Assembly (NCBI GenBank): GCA_905178155.1
Contig: CAJINV010000002.1
Location: forward strand, 4,097,838 to 4,161,837
From: Amoebophrya sp. A120
Taxonomy: Eukaryota; Protista; Dinoflagellata
DNA: 64,000 nt
Reading direction: 5' to 3'
Made by a program: the position numbers and the translations under genes. The notes beneath the pieces were generated by a model, which saw nothing but the letters and a program-made list of their open reading frames with translations, searched no databases and was not told where the DNA came from. How positions within the stretch are numbered: position 1 is the stretch's first letter; each line of letters begins with the position of its first letter. Shown here piece by piece: positions 24,604-36,600 of this stretch.

Positions 24604-27600
24604 ATGCCGTCGGACCAGAATGTAAAGATGGGTGAAACGAAAATGGAGGACCTTGCAGCTTCCGGGGCCTTATGCTCTGCAAAAGTATCGCACTCGTATA
24701 GCAACCATGCATTGCAAATCTTTTCCTTGAGGTAAATCCGCATTACAAATTGTCTGTCTCATGCTGAGGAAATTTGTAATGCATTTATACGAGTGCGATA
24801 CTTATTTTGCAGTTCATAGGCCTCGCCCGTCCAGCCCCCTCCCGTGAAAAGGGCGAAGTTAAATCCGAAGGTAAAAATGGAGACGAAAAACAACGACAAG
24901 GCCACCGGTATCCTGAGCAAAAACGTCCCCGCCCCATAGTCAAGTTGCAAACTCTGCAACACAAATCCAGAAGTTTTGGGAGCCACGCATGACAAGTTCG
25001 TCTCTGTATTGTAGTGCATGTTAGCAAGGACAGCCGCATCACAAACCCATCTCCTGATCCTGTTTACAGCATTACAAATACCAAAACAAGACTAGAAATG
25101 TTGGCTCTCATGGGGATGCGCATTACAAGTCTTTCTGTCTTTGCAAATCTGCATCACAAAGCTAGGGCGGGGACGTTTTTACTCAGGATAGCCACCGGCA
25201 GCTCCAAAGAGAGCGGTGGTGCTGGTGCATCAAATAAGGAGGAACAGCAATATTCCAAAATGACGCACCACGAGCACATTCTAGCCCGGCCAGATACGTA
25301 CGTGGGGACCCGGCAGGAGAGGAAAGAGAAGATGTTCGTGCTGAACGCAGCGGGGGAGAAATTTGAGGAGAGGGTTCTCAGGTATAAGGAAGTTGTTGTA
25401 CTGCATGGCGAGAACAATTATTTGTGATGCAAAACTCGCGGCCTGAGGCAAAGGCGTGTAATGCATGAAGACGATGAAGCTCTATACTTTTGCTATCAGG
25501 TACTGTCCCGCCCTGTACAAAATCTTCGACGAGATCCTGGTAAACGCCGCGGACCACATGCAGCGCGACAGCACCTGCGACGAAATCAGAGTTGAGATGG
25601 ACACGAATACCGGGAGAATCTCCGTCGAGAATAACGGGTCCGGGGTCCCGGTGCAAATGCACGATATGGCTTGCTCAGATGTTGCAATCCCAAACGTTAC
25701 AATAGAATCTGAAATTTGTCTTGCATAAACAGCATGAGCCTCATACAGAGGCTTGGGCTTTTCGCAATACAAATTTCGCCAGATGATTGATGTCACGGGG
25801 TTCCGAAACTTGTCATGCGCGCTCCTGTGGCAGTAGGCCAGATGTTGCGCATTTTGCAACACAAATTTCAGATTGTAGTATTGTAACGTTTGAGATGGTA
25901 ACACCTGAGCGGGTTATACACGAGGAACAGAAAATCTACATTCCAGAGTTGATTTTCGGCAACTTACTCGCCGGTGATAATTTTAACGACGACAAGCAAA
26001 GAGTAACCGGGGGTAGGAACGGGTACGGTTATGCAAGAAAAAAATTGTGTAAGTGTAACTCTGTAATGCAGAACATGCAACATAGTATACACCTGTCATG
26101 CCAGACAGCCATGAAGTCCTCTTTTCCTGTGTGTTTTCCCTTACAATCCACGCATGGCAGGTTTTCTCTGTAGTCATGTAGAGCAAATTTGTGATGCTGT
26201 CAGCCAAAGAACAAAGTTACACTAACACAGTTTTTTTCTTGGATAACGGTGCGAAGTTGACGAATATCTTCTCTTCCCGGTTTATGCGAGTGTCAGGATC
26301 GAAATCAACAAAATCGAAAAACTTGTAATGCATAAAATGTATGGCACGCGAGGCCTGTATTGCGGGGCAGGCAAATGAGGCCGATTGTGAGCCTGTTTAG
26401 GGGTATGGAAGTGCTGCAAAAGTGGCTTGACAGGAGCAGCCTTCTCTGCGCAAACAGCATGACAGACTGGATTTGGGTGCTCCCGAAATTTGTCATGCGC
26501 CACTTGGAAACTGAGGCTCCAACTGACATCGATTTTGTGCATCACAAATCTTTCGATATTGTGAATTTCGATTCTGACACTTCCATACGGTTCGAGTTGG
26601 AGACGGTGTGTTTACGACACTTGAAGTCCTATAAGCAGGTCTGGACCAACAACATGAAGAACAAATCGGAACCGGAAATCGTGGACTTCTCAAAACCTGA
26701 ACACGCCGAGAACACGCCGACGGAAGCGATGACGAAGATCACGTTTTACCCGGATTGGCACTACTTCCCGCAATCTGGTTTGACGGAGGACACGGCGGCT
26801 CTGTTTCAGAAACGGGTCTACGACATCGCCGGGTCGACGGATAAAAGAGCGAAGATTTTTCTGAACAAGAAGGAATTGCCGATTAGAACGTTTGAGGATT
26901 TTGTGAAGATGCACATACCAGAAAATAATGTTGCTCCAGCACAACAAGCAGCCGCAACTTCTTCTGAGCAACTACCCGCACCAGCGGGGGCTGCTGCTGT
27001 GGTCACAGCCGGGCAATCCTCATCCTCCAGCTCCTCTACGAACGCAAAGACTTTTCCTATCGTGCCAGTGAAACAAGAAGCAGACGTGGACGACCGCTCC
27101 TCCGCCGCATCCACGATGAACAACGACAATATCACGAACCCAGACTCTATGACAGTCCACAACTCCGCCCCCTCCCCCTCATCTTCTGTGTCGCATGAGC
27201 AGCAATACAAGCGTCAGCGTTAGTCCAGGTTTTACATGACAAATTTTGACAGGAGTCTAGTAGTGCTATTTGGGCTGCTGCCAGAACTTGTCATGCAAAC
27301 AGTGCCCAGAGCCCAGGCGTAAGTTGGGCATTTTGCATGACAAATGAGGGAAAGGGGGAGTTGTGCACTCTCATAATTTCCCTAGCCGTCGGCCCGGGGA
27401 CCTACGCCGGGACCGTGGTGACGACTGGAACCGTCGAAACTGCGACCAACACAACTTTGGAGAAAACCGCCGCGGACAACGAGGTGGACGAAAACGAAAA
27501 AGTCCACGGGATTTTTGCCCGCGAGGTGCTTACCTACCCCTCCGCACGGGATTTCAACGGGAAGGCATCAAAGAAAGCGATCGAACTGAAGTGGGAGGTG

Positions 27601-30600
27601 ATCTTAGCCTACAACACGTTTGACGAGTTTAAGCAAATTTCCTTCGTAAATTCGATCCGAACCTACAAGGGCGGGTCGCACGTGCAGTGGATAAAAGAAC
27701 AAGTCCGGAACATTATCAAAAACAAGTGTTTGAAAGAAGCCGGGAAGAAGAAAATTAAGAAGGATTTGATCAAAGACTCCGACATCGACGGCGAAATTTA
27801 CATGTTTGTGAACGCGTTGATTGTCAACCCGCAGTTTGATTCCCAGTCCAAGGAAACTTTGAACACGAAACGGGACCAGTTTAAAACCGACACCGTTTTA
27901 TCCGACCAGTTTAACGCGGAGGTCGAAGATTGCGCAATTATCGACACAATTCTGTCCTACGCGAGCGCGGCTGGGGAGGGGGAAGCGGCGAAGGCGTTTG
28001 CAGTGGACCGGAAAGAGCGGGGAGACGACGCTGGGTGGAATTTCGGGGGGAGGGCGAGAAGGTATAGAAAAGTGGACTATATTGATATTCTGAGCTGTGA
28101 GTTCTTTGTCATGCGGGATGAACTTGTAATGGAAAGTTGTGCTTGGCATGTCGACCATTCCCCAACATGACAGAACCACAAAGTGAAAACCCTGTATCTA
28201 ATATCAGGCTCCAAGACGTCCCGAAGCTGGAAGACGCGAACCTCGCCGGCACAAAGCGGTCTAAGGAGTGCACGTTGATCCTCACCGAGGGTGACAGTGC
28301 GAAAGCGTTGGCGGTTGCCGGTCTGTCCATTGTCGGAAGGGATCTTTACGGCGTATTTCCCCTCCGCGGTAAGCCGATGAACGTGAGGGATGCGGCGATC
28401 AAGGATGTCACGAAAAATAACGAGGTGAAGCAGATCATGAAAATTCTTGGCGTGAATCCCTTCGACAAGTCGAAAATCCCGAAAATCGACGACATATGCA
28501 ATGCAACAGCATCGTACTAGTATGAATTGCATTGGAAATTAGCTGCCCAGCATTACATATTAAATTTGTAATGCTGATTTGCCTTGAAAAAGAGATTTGT
28601 AATGTATAAATGCAATTACAACTACTACGAGTACGATACTTTTGCACAGGATACGACATGCGGTACGGCTCTGTGATGGTGATGGCCGATCAGGATCTGG
28701 ACGGTTCGCACATCAAGGGGCTCTTGTTGAACATGTTCCAGACCTATTTTCCCCAGCTGTTGCACGACTTCGAGCACAATTTTCTGAAGGAATTCATCAC
28801 CCCGATCGTGAAGGCAAGCAAGAAGCAGCCAAATGGGGAGGTGGAAGTGAAAGAGTTTTACTCGCTGATCAGCTACGAAGCGTGGCGACAAGAAACGGAC
28901 GGGGGGAAGGGCTGGGAGTTCAAGTACATCTACATAGTGCGGCTCTGGTTTCTGTTGCTCAACATTATCTGCATGGAGGTTGCATTTTGATGACGCGCAA
29001 ATTCTCAAATAATTGCATGCTGTACTACCTCAGATGTTGTGGTGTCCTTTTCCTTCAGATGCTGCGTTCTAAGGGGTGTGGCGGAACTGGGTAGGGTGTG
29101 CCCCTGGAGCTATCTAGGCTCAGTATCAGTTCGCTACGCGGAGTCGTCCTGGATTGCGTGGTGCTCTTGGGGCTAGGCTGCTATGCCCATGGGCTGTGGC
29201 CCACTGATGTGGTTTTTAGGAATGTTATCCGCCTCTGCGCGGCGATTGGCGGTGGTCGAGGGCTCGCAGGTCGGTCCTCCGGTCCCTCTTTGGTTCGCCC
29301 GAATTCATCTTGTCAGTTCTCTTCCCTGGGTTCTTCGGGCCGCCTGCGCTGCGGCGTGTGGGGAGGGGCCTTGAGGCATCCTTGTAGGCTGTCTCTACGG
29401 TGAGGGACCGAGACGCCCTTGCCCTCTCTCCTCCGATCACGCCATAGGGCGCGTCGGGTTGATGGTTCAGATTGATAGGACGATAGGAACGAAGCGAAAT
29501 GCATGCTGTACTACCTCAGATGTTGTGGTGTCCTTTTCCTTCAGATGCTGCGTTCAAGTTGAAACCAGCGCGAGAATTTCGCAAACGGGGCGCGCGTGGA
29601 CGCGTGGGCCACAAAGGGCCCGCCTTCATTCTGAAGCTGTTTCTTTTTGAGAAACAAGGGGCCTACATTCCGTCCAGAAACGGGACGAGAAGAACGCGCT
29701 TTGTGACTTCGGAAGAGTTTTCATTTTGGAAGACTTCTCACTCCGGTCCGTTTCCCGCAGGGCTTCGAACAGCGGAGTGAGAGGTCAGCGACCTTCCGCT
29801 TCTGAAGCATTTTCATTCTGGAAAAGTGAGAAATCACTGATTTCTCACTTCTGAAAAGTTTCCATTTTGAAAAAAGTGAGAAGTCACTGACTTCTCACTT
29901 CTGAAAAATTTTCATTTGGGAAAAGTGAGAAATCACTGATTTCTCACTCTGTTTCTCGAACACCTTCGAGAAACGGAGTGAGAAATCAGTGATTTCTCAC
30001 TTGTGAAAAATTCTCACTCCGGAGTCGGAGTCGCGTGTACTCTTTCCAGAGTGAGAATTTTTCAAAAGTGAGAAATCACTGATTTCTCACTTCTTTTCCC
30101 TAAGCCTTTCGGAATGTGTAGTGACTTGTCACTCCGAGTGAAAACACCGCTGAGCTTTCACTTGGTTTTTTGAGTGTCTTCTGGAGGCAGACTGAAAGCT
30201 CGCTGCGTGCGAAAAGTTGGTGGAGTTTCACTCTCCCACTTTTCCAGCCTATTCGCAAAACGGAGCGAAAAAGCGCGGGCTTTTTATTTCCTTCCTGAGG
30301 GGTTCTTTGGGCGAGCCCGGAGTGCAAAGTCAACGCGTTTTCGCTTTTGTTGACAGCGCGCAAAGTCAGCCGGTTTTGATCGCCCGCCTAGGGAGATTTG
30401 TTTTGTGCCGCCGATCTTCGTGCTGCTGCAGATGTTTGCTAAGCTTCAAAAGAACTACACCAGCGCGCCAAACCGATCGACTTGGCATGAATTGCGTCCC
30501 CCGAGGGCGTTCGGAGAAGTTTTCCGGCGAAAAGGGGGGGGCTTTTGCGAGTCATGAATAATTGCATGCTGTACTACCTCAGATGTTGTGGTGTCCTTTT

Positions 30601-33600
30601 CCTTCAGATGCTGCGTTCAAGTCAGCCATAGACGGACCGCTCTTTTCGCTCGATCAATGGGAGCAACATCGCCACGGAAGCCTTTACTTTGGGTGCGCTG
30701 TATTGCATGCCAAAAGCAAAAACGGCACTGCGCGCGCCAGCACTGACAGGGGCTGCAGGCTGCCCTTGCATAGGGCGCAGAACTACTGTAGGCCCCCTTC
30801 GCACCTGCTCGCGCGCTCTGTTAGTTTGAATTGCAGTGGCTGGCGCGCTCTGCTTTGTTTCTGTGCTGAAGCAAAACAATGATGGGCGGTAGCGGGGTCA
30901 TGGGGTGGGGGAGGCGGGGCTTTCTCTTGAATGATTCACGGACGGGCAGCGTTTTTTTGCCTTTTCTGAGGATATTCATTCGGGAGCCGGCTCTTGTTGT
31001 GAATTTTCGCAAGAAGCGCTGCTTTTCTGGATCCCGATTTTGAATCATTCAGCGGCCGGGAGCAAGCGGCCGGGCCTTGCTTCCCTTTTTTTTGCCTCTA
31101 GGCACACACGCCGCAGGCCTGGGCAGAAGCCTGGCGCACACGCTGCCAGATTGCATTCCAGGCGCAGAACTACCTTGCTTACCGTCTAGGTATGGGGTGC
31201 GTCTTGTTCTGAGTTGCAGAACGAAGAAAAACCTTGCAGGCGGCGGCAACGAAGCCAAGGCGGGCACGTAGCTGCGCGCGCAGGCACGTAGCGACGCCTA
31301 TACTTCTTCTCCCCGGTGCTTGTTGGCGCAGCTACGATGCGCCGATGAAACAATGCGCAACTATTTCCGCGTGCCGGAGGCGGAGGCCGCTGCCACGCCT
31401 CAGACCTCCGCTGGCGCCGTTGGCGTTGCTTTTTTTGCCGCGCCTGCTCGGTAGTTGCCGGCGGCGGATCCTAGTTGTGGGTCTGCCATAAACAGCGACT
31501 GTTTTGAAACTCAGGGCGTGGCTGTTGAACCCGGAAAACGTCGGCTTCGGTGTCGGTGACGGGCGTGTTTGAAAAAATCATTCTTCTGCAAAGTGTAAAT
31601 ATTCACGGCCGATTTTGAATATATTCAAAATAGATCCATGAAGCTAAATGGACTTTGTCCCTTCATGCGCTGCCTCAGATGTTGTGGTGTCCTTTTCCTT
31701 CAGATGCTGCGTTCAAGGTGGAAGGTGCTGCCATTCTTCTGGTGCATTTCTCCCCCTGCCGCCGCTCTGATGTCTGCATCGGCAGAGTTGGATGCAGAAG
31801 ATAGCAGATGGACAGCACTTGCGTTTGGGTTTTTCGGTTTGGTCAAGGCAACAAGTCCATCCGAACCCGCAAGCTTTGTCTTTTGGGGCTAATGAGAAAA
31901 CATCTCCAACATGGAAACTGCCCCACGTGGCTTACACCATTGCGGGCGCTTCTTCTCATTGGCTTGGTATTCGAAAAATGTCTGCTACAAACCCTACCAG
32001 AAAGTATCGCGCGATGCTAGCGAACGCTGTTACAGGTTCCGGCAGTTTCTGGGTAGAGGTATCCCGCGATAACGCGGAGGGCTCAGGTCTGTACCTAACG
32101 AATTTGGGGGCATTAGGAGTTTCATTTGTCTGATTTGTCTTTTGCGCTGGGATTTATTTCTCAATGACAAGTTGGTGGCCGAAGTTTCTACTCGTAATCG
32201 CAAAAGCAAACTCGAGTAAGGCACCAAGCGAGTTCTGCAGCTGTTTCTGCTTTTCGCACATTTTCGCTTTTCGCGCATGACAAACAGGGGCAACACTTTT
32301 GCGCTTGGGTGCAACCATCGCAATTGCACGCAACCACCGCCAAAGCTGTTGCTTACAGCTTGAAGAAGAGCGCTCTGCCGATGGGATCATCGGTCAGAAT
32401 GAGTTAACCGCAGGGGAGTGGGGATCTAGGATGCACAAGATGCGTCTGCCGCCCCAGAGATGGGAGCGTAGGCATTTCCTAGACTAAGAATAGGGAGCGA
32501 TGATAGCCGCAGCGCTATTCTTTCGCTAATTACCCCTAGCAGCCTTCATGCCTTCAGCATTGTTTGCTTCGCATATGTTTTGCGAACGAATAAAAGCACT
32601 CCGACTACGCGTATATTCTTAGCCTACTAAATGCTATCGCGATTGCGCGTTTTCGAATCTCGGTCAGAAGATTCGACTGTCAAAAGCCAGCAAGAGATGG
32701 GAAGCGCAAGCTACTCAGGACGGATCGCGCCTTGATCCAAGTCCAGAGTAGGGTCGCTGCATCTGCTTGTAAGAGCTCAGAAGTTTGCATTTTAGGCAAG
32801 ACACATTTGCCAAGACATGAGCAGCGCGCTCATTGTAGACTTTACCAGTTTCCTAGGTTGCCTGCCGTGGGCCCCATTATAGCTAGACCGTCAGCACCAG
32901 CAGCAGCTGAGTGCAGCACTTGCTTTCAAGTGCAGCGTGAGCATCTCTGACTCATTTGATCAGGAGCAGGGGAGTGTATTGCGCAGCAACCTGTCTCGGA
33001 CTAGAGCAGTTGCTAGCATGCTCCTGAGATCAATGAGATCGAAGAGATAGGCTCTAAGTATACCGATAGGTAGACGATCAAATACTAGCCTAGAGGGGTC
33101 ACGCGAGTAGGATCACAGTACTAGAATCACTAGGACCACATGGGTCCTCACATGGGTCACACACTACACCACTAGGATGGTGACAGGATGATAACCATGA
33201 CAATGGTAACAATGTACAACACAGTGCCAGAATGGCTTCTGGTCTACGGGCCAGTAGCTGGAAGAATAAAAAGCCTTTTCTCTCCGTAGTACCTACTAGG
33301 TAGGTGCTTAGATAGTAACTCTGTTCTCTATCTTCGGACAGCATGCTAGTGAGCATGCCTAGTCCCTGACGCTTGAGACGTCCACATCAGATGTTGTGGT
33401 GTCCTTTTCCTTCAGATGCTGCGTTCAAGTTGAAACCAATTACCGAAAAAACTATCAGGTACTACAAGGGTCTGGGTACGTCGACCTCCAAAGAAGCGAA
33501 AGCCTACTTCTCCGACCTTCCAAAGCACAAAATCGAGATTGTGTACGGAGACAAAGTCGGAAAAGAAGTCACGGTGGAGGATGAGACTGATCAAGAAAAA

Positions 33601-36600
33601 GAACCAAATAACCCACAGCAAGCAGGACAGAAGATGAAAACGGTCTACGAAGACGACGACTTAGTCGACATGGTTTTTCGCAGCAACCGCGCGGATGACC
33701 GGAAAGACTGGATGAATGCAGCGGACGACACACTCGCGCTGGATACGTCCTCTGGGACCATCACGTATCCAGGAAAAAAACTGTGTAAGTGTAACTTTCT
33801 TGGAGGAACAGCATCACAAATTTGTTCTGCATGACAGAGAAAACCTCTCATGCGTGGTTTGTAGGGGAAAACACAAGTAAAAAGAGGATTTCATGCTTGT
33901 CTGGCATGACAGGTGTAACTCTGTTGCATGTTCTGCATGACAGAGTTACACTTACACACTTTTTTTCTTGCATATCACGGTGAAAAATTTCATTAACCGC
34001 GAGATGGTCCAGTTTTCCAAATACGACTTGCGGAGAGCGTATCAAATGGAAAAAATGTCTGGGTCTGGAAACTTGTGATGCTGGGCGCCGTCTCATGATG
34101 AGGCTACAAATGCTGGCTCAGCATGACAAGTTTCTGAGCTCCTAGGTGTTGCCTATTCTGCATGACAAACTGCGCTTTTGCATCACAGAAAAACGGAGCT
34201 CTTGGGTAACGTGCATGACAGATCTAAGAGTCATGCCAGACAAGCATGACAAACATGAATTCTTCCAGACCCAGACACTTTTACAATCCATAGAGCGATT
34301 CCGAGTGTAATTGACGGATTTAAACCATCGCAAAGGAAGATTCTCTTCGCCTGTTTCAAGCGGAAATTGACGTCCGACATCAAAGTCGCACAATTATCCG
34401 GCTACGTGTCCGAAAAAGCGGCCTACCACCACGGCGAGGTCTCGCTGCAGGGGGCGATTGTGAAATTAGCGCAGAATTTCGTGGGGGCGAACAACATAAA
34501 CCTCCTTGTTCCCTCCGGTCAGTTTGGAACAAGGTTAGAGGGCGGCGACGACCATGCGAGTAGTCGTTACATCTTCACGAGGTTAGCGAGGACCGCGCGC
34601 GCTATTTTCCCAGAGCAGGACGACGCAATTTTGGATTACAACAACGAGGAGGGTTTGTCCATAGAACCGGTCTGCTACTACCCCATCATACCCATCGTCC
34701 TTGCGAATGGCGCCAACGGCATCGGCACCGGTTGGTCAACGCAAATCCCGCAGTTCAATCCGCGCGAAATCATCAAAAACGTGCGGAACTACATCGAGAA
34801 AAAGCCGTTTCAGGACATGAAACCCTGGTACCGGGGGTTCAACGGCTCTTTAGAGCTGAAGGGCGGGGAGTCCGCGTTTCTCGGTTTGGACAACACGGGC
34901 GAAGCGCAGATGCTGCAGAGCTCGGCCTTGGTGTACGAGAACAAGGGGATAATACGGGAGACAAGCAGAACCTCGCTGGCAATCACGGAATTGCCGGTAG
35001 GGACGTGGACCAGGAAATATAAGGAGAAGTTGCAGGAGATGCTGAAAAAGGACGAGAAGGATACCGATTATCTGATCGCGGATATGAAGGAGCACCACAC
35101 GGATAACACAGTTCACTTCGTGCTACAACTCACCCCTGAGAAGATGCTACAAGCGAGACAGGTCGGGTTGTACAAGCAGTTCTCCCTAGCCGGCCAGATC
35201 TCCATATGCAAGAAAAAAACTGTGTTAAGTGTAAATCTGTGATGCAGAAAATGCAAAACAGTTACACTTGTCATGTTGGAAGTGCGTCATAGGCTACTAT
35301 CATACGCGTTTCCACGTACTAGCTGCGCATGACAGGTTTTCCCTGCAATACAAAACGAATTTGTGATGCTGCTCTTCCTACAAAGTTACACTTACACAGT
35401 TTTTTTCCTGGATACTTCATGAGCAACATGCACTGCTTCGACAAACAGCACCAGAAAATCCGGAAATATGAGTCCCTCAACGAGATTCTGCTGGAATTTT
35501 GCGAAGAACGGGAGCGGATTTATTTGAAAAGAAAAGCGTATTTGTTAAGGAAGAAGGAGCAGGAGATTTTGGAAATGTTTTCGAAATCCGTGTTTATCAA
35601 ACTTGTTCTCGACGACGAGATTGATTTGGAGAAGAAATCCCAAGCGGAACTCGCGGTGGAATTGGAACAGAGGAAGTTTCCGAAATGGAAAGAAATCCAC
35701 CCGGCGGATTTTGAAATGTTCGAGGAAATCACGAAGAAGAAATTCACGCCGCGGGAGGAGATTGGAAAAATGCGACAAAATATCGACGCAACTACCGCTG
35801 TACAATCCGATTACAGCTACTTGTTGAAGATGAAGGTCCACCAGCTGTCCGAGGAGAAAGCGGCGCAGCTACTGCAGCAATTACAGCAGAAGGAAGCGCA
35901 AGCGGACGCGATTAGGAAAACGGAAATAAGCTCTATGTGGTTAGGAGATTTGAAGACGTTAGAATCCGCGTTGGACGAGCAGGATAAAGAAGACGGGAAA
36001 GAAATCGCGCAGGCGATGAAAATATCAAATGCAAAAATGTCTGGGTCTGGAAGATTGCCAGGCTTGTCATGCATATTTTGCATGAGTTGTGATGCCTGTA
36101 ATGCATGGCCTCGCATCAGAGATTACGCGAGGGCTTTCTGATGCTCATACAGCATGAGAAATGCTCTCTCCGCGTAGCACGAATTGCACCTCTTTTGCTG
36201 TTCATGCAATACAGATTTTATGTAGAGTCCAAAGGTAGCATCACAAGTCGCGTCCTTCCAGACCCAGACATATTTGCAATGCATAGAAAATGAACCGAAA
36301 GATTGGAGATAGCGAGGACATGACCAACCACCCGTGTTGTCTGGCCCTGAATAGTGAATCCGGGAAGATAAAGCAGATTCTGCGACAAAAATTAGTCAGT
36401 CGAGCGCACGGGAAAAATAAACAGGGAAAACAGTTTCTGCTGAAAGAGGGGTTTGCGGTGCCCGATGGGGAGAAGCTGAAACTGTTGGGTTGTCACAACT
36501 TCGACACAATTCTCTTCGTGTTGTCGGATGGGATGGTGATATGGATGTGTCAGAGTTGAAATCGACAAAGTTGAAATAATTTGTCATGCATAAAATGGAT

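Larger units (their letters stand above)
28924..33458 (+). other. 4.5-kb GT-AG intron of TOP2 containing repeat-cargo array 2
   Basis: GTACATC...ACTATCAG; removal gives GWEFK-YYKGLGTS. Confidence 0.88.

Noticed and set aside
31638-33386. Transposase or reverse transcriptase in the largest cargo
   Set aside because: Only short ORFs, with no DDE, RT, Rep or tyrosine-recombinase motif recognisable; no autonomous element is visible in the window.
30623-33386. Short TIRs on TOP2 cargos 3 and 4 (CAGC..CAT / GTGGA)
   Set aside because: Too short and imperfect to distinguish from chance.
29008-33438. True CRISPR array
   Set aside because: Spacers are 0.4-1.7 kb, repeat edges are ragged, repeats differ per locus and derive from host sequence, there are no cas genes, and the context is eukaryotic.
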